A stretch of 64,000 nucleotides of DNA, taken from contig JAVZJD010000001.1 in the NCBI GenBank assembly GCA_038870975.1, positions 864,001-928,000 of the forward strand, given 5' to 3'. Of the stretch, positions 10,143-19,674 are shown in pieces. The notes under the pieces were generated by a model that was not told where the DNA came from, ran no database searches, and worked only from the letters and a program-made list of their open reading frames with translations. Source of the stretch: Candidatus Bathyarchaeia archaeon. Its GTDB lineage: Archaea; Thermoproteota; CALKCG01; B24. A program made the translations under genes and the position numbers. Position 1 is the stretch's first letter; every line of letters begins with the position of its first letter.

Positions 10143-10961
10143 CTAGAACCATCCGAGTGTTCCATCCTTCCTGACTCTGTTTAAACTCCACTTGAAAGTC
10201 TTGTAGCCGATTGGGAGGAGTACTACGCCGAAAACAGCTCCTTTTAGAAACTCTAGTTGAATCGCAGGCTCCAGTATGGATGCGGCTCTAAGCATAGATA
10301 GACGCCACAAGTGGTAGACCCATGTTTGAGGTAGGAACCATGAGACTGTGGAGATGCCGGGTATGAAGCTGTCTAGGAATTGAACTGGGAAGGATATGCC
10401 TGCGAGGAGTTGTTGTAGAACGTTTATAGTCCATGTTACTGGGTCTGTAGACTTCGTGACGAGTCTGAAGCCTGTACTCACCATAGATAGGCCTAGCAGT
10501 ATCATAGCGGATATTATGAATGATAGGAGCGTTGAAAACCAATCTACTCTAAGTTTTACTCCGAATACTAGTATTCCAACTAGGATTTGAGGTATGAACG
10601 TTATAACTGAGAAAATGTATGGCCAGGCTATCCGTCCTACTACGAAGACAGGCACTGGTATACCCGTCATTATAATGGTTTCTAAACTCCAGGGGTTGAG
10701 GTGTCTCTCCAATGCTTGAGATATCGGCATGACGAGGTTTCCTATGACTAATCCAACCACTAGGAAAGATATGTAGTCTGTTTCATACTCTGGGACGGGT
10801 CTATTCCTGTATATGGCGTTAATAGACCAGCTTAAAATCCCAATGGCTATCGTTATAAGTTGAGTTGTTACTTGCGTCTTGTAGGTTTTCCACCCTCTAA
10901 AGTCTCTCTCCGCGAAGGCTAAAATCTGCCTTATACTTGTGGCTAAATCTATGCTACGCAT
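10143..10961 (-). CDS. ABC-2 type transporter permease
   Basis: About 6 TM segments, FPVQFL, follows an ABC ATPase. Confidence 0.85.
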   Translation of the reverse strand: MRSIDLATSIRQILAFAERDFRGWKTYKTQVTTQLITIAIGILSWSINAIYRNRPVPEYETDYISFLVVGLVIGNLVMPISQALERHLNPWSLETIIMTGIPVPVFVVGRIAWPYIFSVITFIPQILVGILVFGVKLRVDWFSTLLSFIISAMILLGLSMVSTGFRLVTKSTDPVTWTINVLQQLLAGISFPVQFLDSFIPGISTVSWFLPQTWVYHLWRLSMLRAASILEPAIQLEFLKGAVFGVVLLPIGYKTFKWSLNRVRKDGTLGWF

Positions 10962-10965
10962 TCTC

Positions 10966-12012
10966 TCACCTTTTAACCAATTTTATGAAGATTTCTTCTA
11001 AGCTGGGCTCGTATGTTTCAATATCTCTCACGTTTAAACAGTGTTTAGATATGAGGTTCATCATATCTAGAACCTTAAAGTTTTCATCCGTCTCTACCAC
11101 TATTCTACTAGGTGAGCCGAACTCTAAACTCACGTTTTTAACGCCGTTTAAGCTTTCAAACTCACCTATGACGTTCTTCAGCTTTCCATCAGATTCTTCG
11201 TCTAAAATCAAGCGGTAGTGTTTCTCAGGGCTTACATACCTCCTGAGGTTTTCAGGGGTATTGCACGCTATGATTTCACCTCTGTTTATTATAGCTACTC
11301 TATCGCATATGGATTGAGCCTCCCACATGTTGTGCGTAGATAGGAATATTGTCTTCCCCTCGGATTTAGCCAGCCTCTTCAACATTTGTCTAAACTCTGT
11401 AGCAGCGGTCGGGTCTAGCCCAGCCGTCGGCTCGTCGAAGAGTAGAATCGGTACGTCTAAGAGTAGGGCTCGGCATAGTTGAAGTTTACGAGCCATACCT
11501 GTGGATAGGCGTTGGTACATGTCGTTAGCTCTATCTTTTAAACCCATAAGCTCCAACAGCTCTTCGATACGCTTTTTAGCGTAGCTCTTAGGAAGCCCGT
11601 ATAGAATCGCGTAGAACTCCAAGTTGCTTTTAAGGTTTAACCTCCACTCAAAACCCCTATGTTGCTCACCTAAAACGGCCTGTAGGTTTCTCAAAACTTT
11701 GCTAGGCTGTTTTACAACGTCGTAGCCGTTTACGTAGGCTTCTCCACCGTCTGGTAAGACTAGAGTACATAGAATCTTTATGAGCGTGGTTTTCCCAGCC
11801 CCGTTCGGCCCTAGGAGGCCGAAGACCTCTCCACGGTAAACTTTAAGGTTGACTTTATTCAGTGCTTGGATAAACCCCTTCTTCCTTGTGAATAGCTCTC
11901 TAATGCCTCCAACTCTACCCCAGTACTCCCAATGTCTTCCGCCGGAGACGCTTCTAAGGCTGATAGGGTATTTTTTGACGAGGTCTACAGTCTCTATAGC
12001 TATCTCAGTCAT
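10966..12012 (-). CDS. ABC-2 type transporter ATP-binding protein
   Basis: GPNGAGKTT, LSTGM, LLFDEPT, STH. Confidence 0.93.
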   Translation of the reverse strand: MTEIAIETVDLVKKYPISLRSVSGGRHWEYWGRVGGIRELFTRKKGFIQALNKVNLKVYRGEVFGLLGPNGAGKTTLIKILCTLVLPDGGEAYVNGYDVVKQPSKVLRNLQAVLGEQHRGFEWRLNLKSNLEFYAILYGLPKSYAKKRIEELLELMGLKDRANDMYQRLSTGMARKLQLCRALLLDVPILLFDEPTAGLDPTAATEFRQMLKRLAKSEGKTIFLSTHNMWEAQSICDRVAIINRGEIIACNTPENLRRYVSPEKHYRLILDEESDGKLKNVIGEFESLNGVKNVSLEFGSPSRIVVETDENFKVLDMMNLISKHCLNVRDIETYEPSLEEIFIKLVKR

Positions 12013-12458
12013 TTAACCTACATAGATAAAGTAGCTTACTCTGGTTTAAATTTATCCCCCTGGTCTGATGTAGCGGATAGAAAGCTTTCCTTCCTCGGCT
12101 AAGCCGTTTAATGTAGGCTTCCCTAGGACTTTAAATTGAACTTCTCCTTCTATCTGTGAATGGGGGAATCTTGAGTCTGTTGATTTTTTGGATAGAGTTT
12201 ACCGTCGGCTGATTTAAATATCATACTTTCCTGTGTAAACCGTACATTTTAATAGTGTAGTTTTAGAGCTTATTTTTCCATTTCGAAGACTCTATCTACT
12301 TATGCCTGTTAATATTTAAAGTTGAGAACACTTAATGATTTCAATTGTTTAAAGTAGATGGTCTAACGTATTTGAATGTAGGAGTAAAATGTTTACGCTT
12401 TAACTAACGGTTTCTCTACAAGATTACCGTAGGTTTTAAAATTTTAGATTCTTAAAGT

Positions 12459-12498
12459 AGCAATCTATGATTGCTCTGAAGAAAAATTTTATATAAAA
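12459..12498 (+). promoter_or_regulatory. Palindromic site followed by BRE/TATA upstream of the 12518 ORF
   Basis: AGCAATC-TAT-GATTGCT (12459-12475), then GAAAAA-TTTTATATAAAA (12481-12498) ending about 20 bp before the ATG. Confidence 0.55.
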
Positions 12499-12517
12499 CA
12501 TCTTTTTTCTATTCGAA

Positions 12518-12883
12518 ATGATAAAAATGTCGGCTGAATCTACGAAAGCAACTTTAACGTCTGGTGTTAAAGTATACTATCAAGGAAGATGGGTTGATGT
12601 CTCTGAAGTCGTAAGTGTTAGACACGCTAAGGTTAAATTGAAACAGGCTAGAGATGAGTTAACACGCCGTATAATAAAAGAGCTTCTGAAAACGCCTAGA
12701 AACTGCGTTAGAAGGTCTGTACTGATTAAGCTCAGCCGGGAAGTAGCCAGTGAGATGGGTCTTAAAAGACTTGGCTATAGGTTTCTTATAACTCAAGGTG
12801 TAATCGGACGACCAGTCGGGTCTAAACTCTACTATCTCACTGAGAAGGCTAAAGAGCTGTACCCAGACCTCTTCCCAAGTTAA
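12518..12883 (+). CDS. Small basic hypothetical protein, possible winged-helix DNA-binding protein
   Basis: Lys/Arg-rich; C-terminal FLITQGVIGR..KLYYLTEKAKE resembles a wHTH wing. Confidence 0.65.
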   Translation: MIKMSAESTKATLTSGVKVYYQGRWVDVSEVVSVRHAKVKLKQARDELTRRIIKELLKTPRNCVRRSVLIKLSREVASEMGLKRLGYRFLITQGVIGRPVGSKLYYLTEKAKELYPDLFPS

Positions 12884-13017
12884 AGCGGGAAGAACCTTCA
12901 ACCTCTTTCTCTATTTTTTCCTAAGCCTCTTAGGTGGAAACCCCATAGTATGTTTTGACCTTAAAAAATCTCTATTGGTTAAAATAAAGCAGAAGACTTA
13001 TGGGGTTTGAAGGTATG

Positions 13018-13389
13018 CTATTGGAGGGCTGAACGTATTCTCTCGTAGAGTTCTTCTTTCTCGGGGACGCTTGTTACAAAGGCTATTTTACCGTTTATAG
13101 CTATTATAGGTATTAGGCTTCGCATGACTTGAGGTCCAAGACCCATTTCAACAACCCTCTTCTTCCCACTCGCCTCGAGTATTTCAGCCAGCCGCTTCTG
13201 CGTCTCCAAAAGCTTCTCTCCATACTCGGCTACACGTATTTCTACACGTTCACCGAAATCCTTCTTAACTTCTCGTAAAAGTGTAAAGAGCCTCTCATTT
13301 TCCTCTCTTCTACGTCCACAGCCGCAAAGCCCCGTGGGGAAAACCTCTAAGAGCACTTGACTCATGTTTTCACCCTCTACTCGAATCAT
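13018..13389 (-). CDS. ArsD-like thioredoxin-fold small protein
   Basis: EVFPTGLCGCG near the N-terminus and IPIIAINGKIAF..VPEKEEL at the C-terminus; overlaps the ArsA stop. Confidence 0.55.
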   Translation of the reverse strand: MIRVEGENMSQVLLEVFPTGLCGCGRRREENERLFTLLREVKKDFGERVEIRVAEYGEKLLETQKRLAEILEASGKKRVVEMGLGPQVMRSLIPIIAINGKIAFVTSVPEKEELYERIRSALQ

Positions 13390-14323
13390 ATATTAGATGT
13401 GCTAGTTTTTTAACGTTTTCTAAGCCTACGACCTCTGTCTCTAAGAGGGGTACTTCAACTACAGGTATGTCGTTGAACTCCTTTTTAACCAGGTTTATGT
13501 ACTTCTCCTGTAGAGTTCTACGTTTAAGGAAGAAGTCGTTTATACAGTATTCCTTGGGAAGTACAGAGTTTATGAAAATACCTCTAACTTTGATCCCGTA
13601 TGGGGTTAAGCCATCCTGAATCCTCTTAACTTCGTAAACTGGTAGCATTTCAGGATGCGTAACTACGAAGTAGACTGTTTGGTCTGAGGCGAGCTTTTTT
13701 ATGGCTGAATAGCTTTCATCTCTAAGCCTTTCAAGAAGCTTAAGCTCAGCCACTTTACCAGTTAAATCTACTATTTCCTTCTTCGCAGCTATAGCCATTT
13801 CAAGGTTGTAGACGTAGCGCCACGGGTAGTTCACCATCTCGAGGTTGTGGTATCCAGGAGCTGTGTCGAAGACGACTGCGTCATATCTATCTGTATTCAT
13901 GTAGTGTATGAAGACGTTGTACGACGCCGTTTCACACGGGAGGATGGGGTTTTTCTCCCAATACTCCTTCAAAAACCTTATTTCAGATTCGCTTATTTTT
14001 TCAGCGGATAGGTCTTTAAGCGTCTCTATACGTTTCAAAACCTCAAGCTGGTGTTTTCTAATGCTCTCTTTAGGGTCGACGTTTACCACCCAGAGTTTTC
14101 CAACCTCTGGGATCTCCGTCTCTTCGCTTCCTATGTCCCTTTGAAAAATATCGTTCTGGCTTTTCTGAATATCTGTAGATGCGAGTAGTGTTTTAAACCC
14201 CTTCGCAGCCAGCCAGAAGGCGGTGGCGGCAGCTAGACTACTTTTGCCAACACCGCCTTTCCCGCCGAAGAATATAAACTTCCTATCTTCCCTTGGAAGA
14301 ATGGATTCTTCTAGTTTCTTCAT
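13370..14323 (-). CDS. ArsA/GET3 family ATPase (single domain)
   Basis: GGKGGVGKS, ASTD, FDTAPG, PEMLPVYE. Confidence 0.9.
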   Translation of the reverse strand: MKKLEESILPREDRKFIFFGGKGGVGKSSLAAATAFWLAAKGFKTLLASTDIQKSQNDIFQRDIGSEETEIPEVGKLWVVNVDPKESIRKHQLEVLKRIETLKDLSAEKISESEIRFLKEYWEKNPILPCETASYNVFIHYMNTDRYDAVVFDTAPGYHNLEMVNYPWRYVYNLEMAIAAKKEIVDLTGKVAELKLLERLRDESYSAIKKLASDQTVYFVVTHPEMLPVYEVKRIQDGLTPYGIKVRGIFINSVLPKEYCINDFFLKRRTLQEKYINLVKKEFNDIPVVEVPLLETEVVGLENVKKLAHLIYDSSRG

Positions 14324-14428
14324 TTCTCCACCGAATTATTTACTGTAAAATTACTTTAAAAAGTTTAACTTTCAAACCAATATAGTACTAAGAGGAAGGT
14401 TTTTCTCAAGGTTTTAAACAGTAGGAAT

Positions 14429-16015
14429 GTGGAGATGGTGGACGCTTCAAGGGCTATCATAGAGCGGCTGTTGAATATTAGAAACCCGTCTAGAGAAGAT
14501 GTTGAAAAGGCTAAGTTTGAAGTATGTAGAATGTTTAATTTAAGCAAGATCCCGAGTAATTCTGAGCTTATAAAGAGTCTAAAGCCTGGTGAGGAGAGGC
14601 TTTTAGAGGTTCTCAAACGTAAGAAGACGAGGACTATAAGCGGTGTTACAGTTATCGCTGTTATGACTGCGCCATATCCATGTCCTAAAGACGAACCCTG
14701 CATATACTGTCCAGGTGGTCCGAGTAGAGGCCTACCTCAAAGCTATACTGGTCGTGAGCCGGCTACTCTCAGAGGCGTACAGTATAACTACGACCCCTAT
14801 ATGCAGGTTGCCAATCGTATAAATCAGCTTAAAGCCATAGGGCATCCGGTGGATAAGGTCGAGCTGATAGTGCTAGGTGGGACGCATACGGCATTGCCGT
14901 TAGACTATAGAACCTGGTTTATGAAGAGGTGTCTCGACGCTCTGAACGGTGTAGAATCCGGCAGTTTTGAGGAAGCTAAAAAGCTGGCTGAGAGAGCACC
15001 TGTAAAGGTTTCAGGTGTAACCGTGGAGACTCGTCCAGACTGGTGTATGGAGAATCATGTGGATGAGATGCTCGACCTCGGTGTTACGAGGGTTGAGCTC
15101 GGCGTTCAGACGATTTACGATGATGTTTATAGGCTTATAAATCGTGGGCATGGTTTAAAGGAGGTTGTTGAAGCTACGAGAATAGCTAAAGACGCTGGTT
15201 TGAAGGTTACATACCATCTTATGCCGAATCTACCGGGTTCTAATCCCGATAGAGACTTGGAGATGTTTAGAGAGGTCTTTAGGAATCCGTCTTTCAGACC
15301 GGATGCTCTTAAAATATACCCGTGCCTCGTCGTAGAGGGTACGAAGCTCTACGATATGTGGGTTAAGGGGTTGTACAAGCCCTATGATGAAGATACTGTT
15401 GTAGAGGTCTTGGCGGAGGCTTTCAAAGAGATTCCCAGGTACGTTAGGGTTCAAAGGGTTCAGAGAGATATACCAGCCCCTCTGATAATCGACGGTGTTA
15501 AGCATAGCAATCTAAGGGAGCTTGTTGAGGAGAGGCTTGAATCTAAGGGGTTTAAGTGTAGATGCATAAGGTGCCGTGAAGTCGGCCACTCACATATGAA
15601 GCATAAGGTTAAACCGAACGTAGCAAACGTAAAGCTCCTCAGGATGGACTACGAGGCGAGTATGGGGCGTGAAATATTCCTCTCCTTCGAAGACGTGGAG
15701 AACGACGTGCTCATAGCTCTACTTAGGCTGAGGATACCATCTGAAAAGGCTCATAGGCGGGAGGTGGCGAACGCCGCCGTAGTTAGGGAGCTTCACGTAT
15801 ATGGGCCTATGGTCCCAGTCGGGTTTAAACGTGAAGACGGGTGGCAGCATAAAAGCTTCGGGAGAAGCCTTTTAGAGGAGGCTGAGCGGATAGCGTTTGA
15901 GGAGTTCGATAAGCGTAAACTCCTAGTTATCAGCGGTTTAGGGGTTAAACGGTATTATAAAAGGCTCGGCTACGTCGACGACGGCCCCTACGTAAGCAAA
16001 ACTCTAGCTGAATAG
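14429..16015 (+). CDS. elp3: tRNA U34 acetyltransferase Elp3 (radical SAM plus GNAT)
   Basis: RTISGVTVIAVM, CP...CIYCPGG, ETRPD, VRELHVYG, WQH..FG. Confidence 0.96.
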   Translation: MEMVDASRAIIERLLNIRNPSREDVEKAKFEVCRMFNLSKIPSNSELIKSLKPGEERLLEVLKRKKTRTISGVTVIAVMTAPYPCPKDEPCIYCPGGPSRGLPQSYTGREPATLRGVQYNYDPYMQVANRINQLKAIGHPVDKVELIVLGGTHTALPLDYRTWFMKRCLDALNGVESGSFEEAKKLAERAPVKVSGVTVETRPDWCMENHVDEMLDLGVTRVELGVQTIYDDVYRLINRGHGLKEVVEATRIAKDAGLKVTYHLMPNLPGSNPDRDLEMFREVFRNPSFRPDALKIYPCLVVEGTKLYDMWVKGLYKPYDEDTVVEVLAEAFKEIPRYVRVQRVQRDIPAPLIIDGVKHSNLRELVEERLESKGFKCRCIRCREVGHSHMKHKVKPNVANVKLLRMDYEASMGREIFLSFEDVENDVLIALLRLRIPSEKAHRREVANAAVVRELHVYGPMVPVGFKREDGWQHKSFGRSLLEEAERIAFEEFDKRKLLVISGLGVKRYYKRLGYVDDGPYVSKTLAE

Positions 16016-16107
16016 CTTAAACTATTACTCGACTTCAATCAATAAATCGTTAAAATCGTCACAGTTCTTAATATCTCTACAGCTGGAGACCCTTACGAAG
16101 TTTGAAA

Positions 16108-16500
16108 TCATAAATCTAGCTCGTTGCTTTTCATCGTTTTTACGAATTTCTTGGCTACTCGGTATAGCATTTCATCGTCTGTGACTAGTGTTAGCTTGTT
16201 TTCGACGGCGGCTTGAATGTATGCAGCGTCATAGTATGTTAATCCCTCTCTAACGGCGATTTTTAGAGTTTCCAAACCGTTCTCTTTCTCCGGCTTTTTC
16301 ATGTTTATGAAAACCTCTGTCAATGTGTCTAATAGCTTACTAGCCTCCTCTGGAGTTATAGTCCTATGAATATACGTCTGCTTCCAGACGGCGTTTCCCA
16401 GTTCATAAAACGCTAAGTTTAAAGTCCACCCTTCAAATAGCTTATCTATCCTTTTTTCTCCACAGAGGTTTATTATCGCTGAAGAGTCGAAGAGGTTCAT
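16108..16500 (-). CDS. vapC: VapC PIN-domain toxin
   Basis: LFDSSA, YELGNAVWK, LTYYDAAY, LVTDD. Confidence 0.9.
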   Translation of the reverse strand: MNLFDSSAIINLCGEKRIDKLFEGWTLNLAFYELGNAVWKQTYIHRTITPEEASKLLDTLTEVFINMKKPEKENGLETLKIAVREGLTYYDAAYIQAAVENKLTLVTDDEMLYRVAKKFVKTMKSNELDL

Positions 16501-16727
16501 CTCTCCTCCCTAGTCTCTCTTATAGCTTTAATCCACACTTCCCTATCGACCTTCCTTATTATCTCGCTGGCATCCTTAATCTTCTCGTAAAGCCTCTGCT
16601 TCATCCTATCTTCAACCTCCTTTTCAAGGGCTCTCCTGATAACCTCTGATGGCTTTATACCTAGCTCGGTCAGCTTTTTCCTCAACTCTACATCTATTTT
16701 AGCTGAAACCGTCACAAACTTAGTCAT
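16497..16727 (-). CDS. vapB: VapB antitoxin (RHH-like)
   Basis: VTVSAKI..ELRKK..LGIKPSEVIRRALE; 4-bp overlap with vapC. Confidence 0.85.
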   Translation of the reverse strand: MTKFVTVSAKIDVELRKKLTELGIKPSEVIRRALEKEVEDRMKQRLYEKIKDASEIIRKVDREVWIKAIRETREER

Positions 16728-16735
16728 ACTCAGAC

Positions 16736-16757
16736 TATACTACAAATTTGTAGTATA
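16736..16757. promoter_or_regulatory. Perfect 22-bp palindrome, probable vapBC autoregulatory operator
   Basis: TATACTACAAATTTGTAGTATA, 8 bp upstream of the vapB start and overlapping a minus-strand TATA-like element. Confidence 0.75.
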
Positions 16758-16868
16758 AAAATATGACTACTCATTTCTCCGCACAACTATCATGTTCAGT
16801 TGAACTTGTGTTTTACTGGTGTGGGAAAATTTTAACGTCTCCTGGGTTTTTATTGAAACTGGTAGCCT

Positions 16869-17597
16869 ATGATAAGGGTTTTAATCGTTAGAAGCTATGA
16901 AGAGCTTAGTCTTGAAGCAGCGTTGAGAATTGCGGATGTCGTTAAATCTAAGCCTGATGCTGTTTTAGGTTTTGCGACGGGTAGTACTCCAATTGGATGC
17001 TATAGAGAGCTTATTCGGCTGCATAGAGTGGAGGGGTTGAGCTTTTCAAGGGTTTCAACGTTCAACTTGGATGAATATGTCGGTCTACCGCCGGGGCATC
17101 CTCAAAGCTACCACTACTATATGTTTCAAAACCTTTTCAACCATGTAGATGTTAAGAGGGAGAACATTCACATACCTAACGGATTGGCTGAAGATTTGGA
17201 GGCGGAGTGCCGTAGATATGAGGAGGCTATTAAGCAGTCTGGGGGTATAGATCTTCAGATTCTCGGAATAGGGAGGAATGGGCATATAGGTTTTAATGAG
17301 CCCGGCTCACCTTTCGACTCTAGAACGCGTGTTGTTAAGCTTTCAGATCAGACTAGGATGGATAATTCAAGGTTCTTCAAATCGTTAGATGAAGTTCCGA
17401 CGCATGCGATAACTATGGGTATTGCGACGATAATGGAGGCTAAACGTATAATCCTCCTAGCCTCTGGGGAAGCTAAGGCGGAGGCTGTAGCTAAGGCTGT
17501 TAAAGGACCTAAAACCGTTATGGTTCCAGCTTCAGCTCTAAAAGACCATCCGGACTGCCTATTCATAGTGGATAGGGAGGCGGCTTCGCTCCTCTAG
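16869..17597 (+). CDS. nagB: Glucosamine-6-phosphate deaminase (bacterial NagB type)
   Basis: LGFATGSTP, FNLDEYVGL, GIGRNGHIGFNEPG, AITMGI. Confidence 0.93.
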   Translation: MIRVLIVRSYEELSLEAALRIADVVKSKPDAVLGFATGSTPIGCYRELIRLHRVEGLSFSRVSTFNLDEYVGLPPGHPQSYHYYMFQNLFNHVDVKRENIHIPNGLAEDLEAECRRYEEAIKQSGGIDLQILGIGRNGHIGFNEPGSPFDSRTRVVKLSDQTRMDNSRFFKSLDEVPTHAITMGIATIMEAKRIILLASGEAKAEAVAKAVKGPKTVMVPASALKDHPDCLFIVDREAASLL

Positions 17598-17674
17598 CAT
17601 CCGTTGAACTGTTCAACTGTAACTTTAATAACGACTCTCCATTCAGTATTAAACTCGGCGTTTAACGTTGCAAG

Positions 17675-17947
17675 GTGTCCGGTATGAGTACATCTGGTGA
17701 AAGTCTACCTAAGCCTATAGTTAAAATCCCAAGGGCAGGCTATGGCTTTAGGGAGGGTAGGGGTTTCAGTATTGGAGAGCTTAAGGAGGCTGGTTTATCC
17801 GTCGGCAGGGCTAGAGCGCTTGGTCTTTACGTCGACTGTAGGCGTAGGAGCATTAGAAGGGATAACGTTGAAGCTTTAAAACGTTTTCTGAAGACCGTTA
17901 AGGTGAAGGCTGAAGCTTCTCAATCGGTTAAGCAGAGTGAGGGTTAA
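17675..17947 (+). CDS. rpl13e: 50S ribosomal protein L13e
   Basis: REGRGFSIGELKEAGL...ARALGLYVD.RRRS. Confidence 0.92.
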   Translation: MSGMSTSGESLPKPIVKIPRAGYGFREGRGFSIGELKEAGLSVGRARALGLYVDCRRRSIRRDNVEALKRFLKTVKVKAEASQSVKQSEG

Positions 17948-17978
17948 AGCTAAAAACCTAGGTAGGTTGTAACTTCTT

Positions 17979-18911
17979 GTGGTGGTTGGTTTGGAGAGTG
18001 GGCTTTTCAAGGGGCTTATACCTGCAACAGTCCTACCCATGGATGAGAGCTTTAAGATAGATGAGGATGAGCTTAGAAGCTATATAGGATGGATTTCCAG
18101 TTTTAGAGTGAGCGGTTTAGCCGTTAACGTTGATACAGGCGAGGGTCCACATCTATACTTTGAAGAACAGCTGAGAGTTATCGAGGTGTACAGGGAAGAG
18201 GTTAAAGGACGTATACCTATAGTTGCAGGTTTATCGGCGAGGTTTACCGATGAAGCCGTTAAACACGCTAAAGCGTTTAAAGAGGCTGGTGCAGATGCCC
18301 TCCTCGTTTTTCCAATACCTGCTTACGCTGGCGACCCTCTAGACCCTGAGATTCCGTACAACTACCATAAGGCTGTCTCTGAAGCCGTCGGCATACCTCT
18401 CATAGCTTTTCAGCTTCAGAGGGCTCTTGGAGGTGTTGAATACTCTGAGCAGGCTTTGAAGAGGCTCTTCGAAGTTGAAGGCGTTGCCGCTATTAAGGAG
18501 GCGAGCTTCGACGCTAGGAAGTTTACGGAGACGCTTAGAGTGGTCTCCTCGTTGAAGAGGAAGGTCTACATGCTTACTGGTAACGACAACTTCATACTTG
18601 AGTCTTTCATCCTCGGTGCTGACGGTGCTCTACTCGGCTTTGGAACCATAGCTACGGATTTACAGGTGGAGATGATAGATAGAGTTAAACGGAGGGATTA
18701 CGATGGAGCCTTTGAAATATACAGGAGGATAAACCCCCTGGCTAATGTAATATTCATGCCTCCCGTTAGAAACTACAGAGCTAGGCTTAAAGAGGCGCTT
18801 GTAATGCTGGGTGTTTTGAAGAAAGCCTACGTTAGACCTCCTTTAACTCCGATTTCTGAAGCGGAGCGTAAAGCCGTGAGGAAAGCCCTCTTAGAGTCTG
18901 GCCTACTATGA
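17979..18911 (+). CDS. DHDPS/NAL family class I aldolase
   Basis: GLIPATVLP, DTGEG, AIKEAS catalytic Lys, TGND, VRPPL. Confidence 0.85.
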   Translation: MVVGLESGLFKGLIPATVLPMDESFKIDEDELRSYIGWISSFRVSGLAVNVDTGEGPHLYFEEQLRVIEVYREEVKGRIPIVAGLSARFTDEAVKHAKAFKEAGADALLVFPIPAYAGDPLDPEIPYNYHKAVSEAVGIPLIAFQLQRALGGVEYSEQALKRLFEVEGVAAIKEASFDARKFTETLRVVSSLKRKVYMLTGNDNFILESFILGADGALLGFGTIATDLQVEMIDRVKRRDYDGAFEIYRRINPLANVIFMPPVRNYRARLKEALVMLGVLKKAYVRPPLTPISEAERKAVRKALLESGLL

Positions 18912-19628
18912 TATGCCCAGCGCTTCAACCATGTATTCTACGTATTTGACTATAGATGCTACGATGGCTTTAAAAGCTTCTTCACCCTTTCTACGGCTAG
19001 CCTTAGAAGGGTCTCCCCATACACCCGTTGGAGATATTTTAAGCATAGGCAGGTAGTCCAGCATCTCCCTCTCAACATCCGGCTTATAGCCTCCAGAGGT
19101 TCCTCTAACGGCTTCAGGCTTGATGTATAAGAGTAGAGAAGTCTCCTGTTCACCAGCGTGTAGATCGTTCGGTGTTTCGAAAACCTCTCTCGCAGCGTTT
19201 GCATACGTTTGCTCTGAGATGAGTATTATCTTGAAGTCTGAGTATTCGAGGTTTAAATACCTTACGGCTGGCTTCAGGATGAAGTTTCCACCGTGCCAGC
19301 TGAAGACCACTAAGTACTTAAACCCCTCCTCCCTGAGGGAGTCGGCGATGTCTCTTAAAACCGACGTTAGGGTTTCAGGTCTAAGGTATACGGTTCCTCT
19401 GGCTCCCCTGTGCTCTGCTGAGCAGCTTACTGGAATCGTGGGTAGGAGGAATAGGTTGAGCCTTGAAGCAACTTCTCTAGCGATTTCTGAGGCTATTATA
19501 GTGTCTGTATTTAAAGGTAGATTTGCACCGTGCTGTTCTAGGCTTCCTATGGGTAGTATCGCCCCTTTAACGCCGCTTGCCTCGACATCTTTATACGTTG
19601 AATTGAAGCCTAAGGGTTTTGAATACAT
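18906..19628 (-). CDS. Creatininase family amidohydrolase
   Basis: LPIGSLEQHG..LP..TD, SAEH, HGGN, HAG..ETS, GVWGDP. Confidence 0.9.
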   Translation of the reverse strand: MYSKPLGFNSTYKDVEASGVKGAILPIGSLEQHGANLPLNTDTIIASEIAREVASRLNLFLLPTIPVSCSAEHRGARGTVYLRPETLTSVLRDIADSLREEGFKYLVVFSWHGGNFILKPAVRYLNLEYSDFKIILISEQTYANAAREVFETPNDLHAGEQETSLLLYIKPEAVRGTSGGYKPDVEREMLDYLPMLKISPTGVWGDPSKASRRKGEEAFKAIVASIVKYVEYMVEALGIS

Positions 19629-19674
19629 CTACTGGTAAGTTCTAGTTAAAGCTTTAAAAACCTACTCGGCTATA

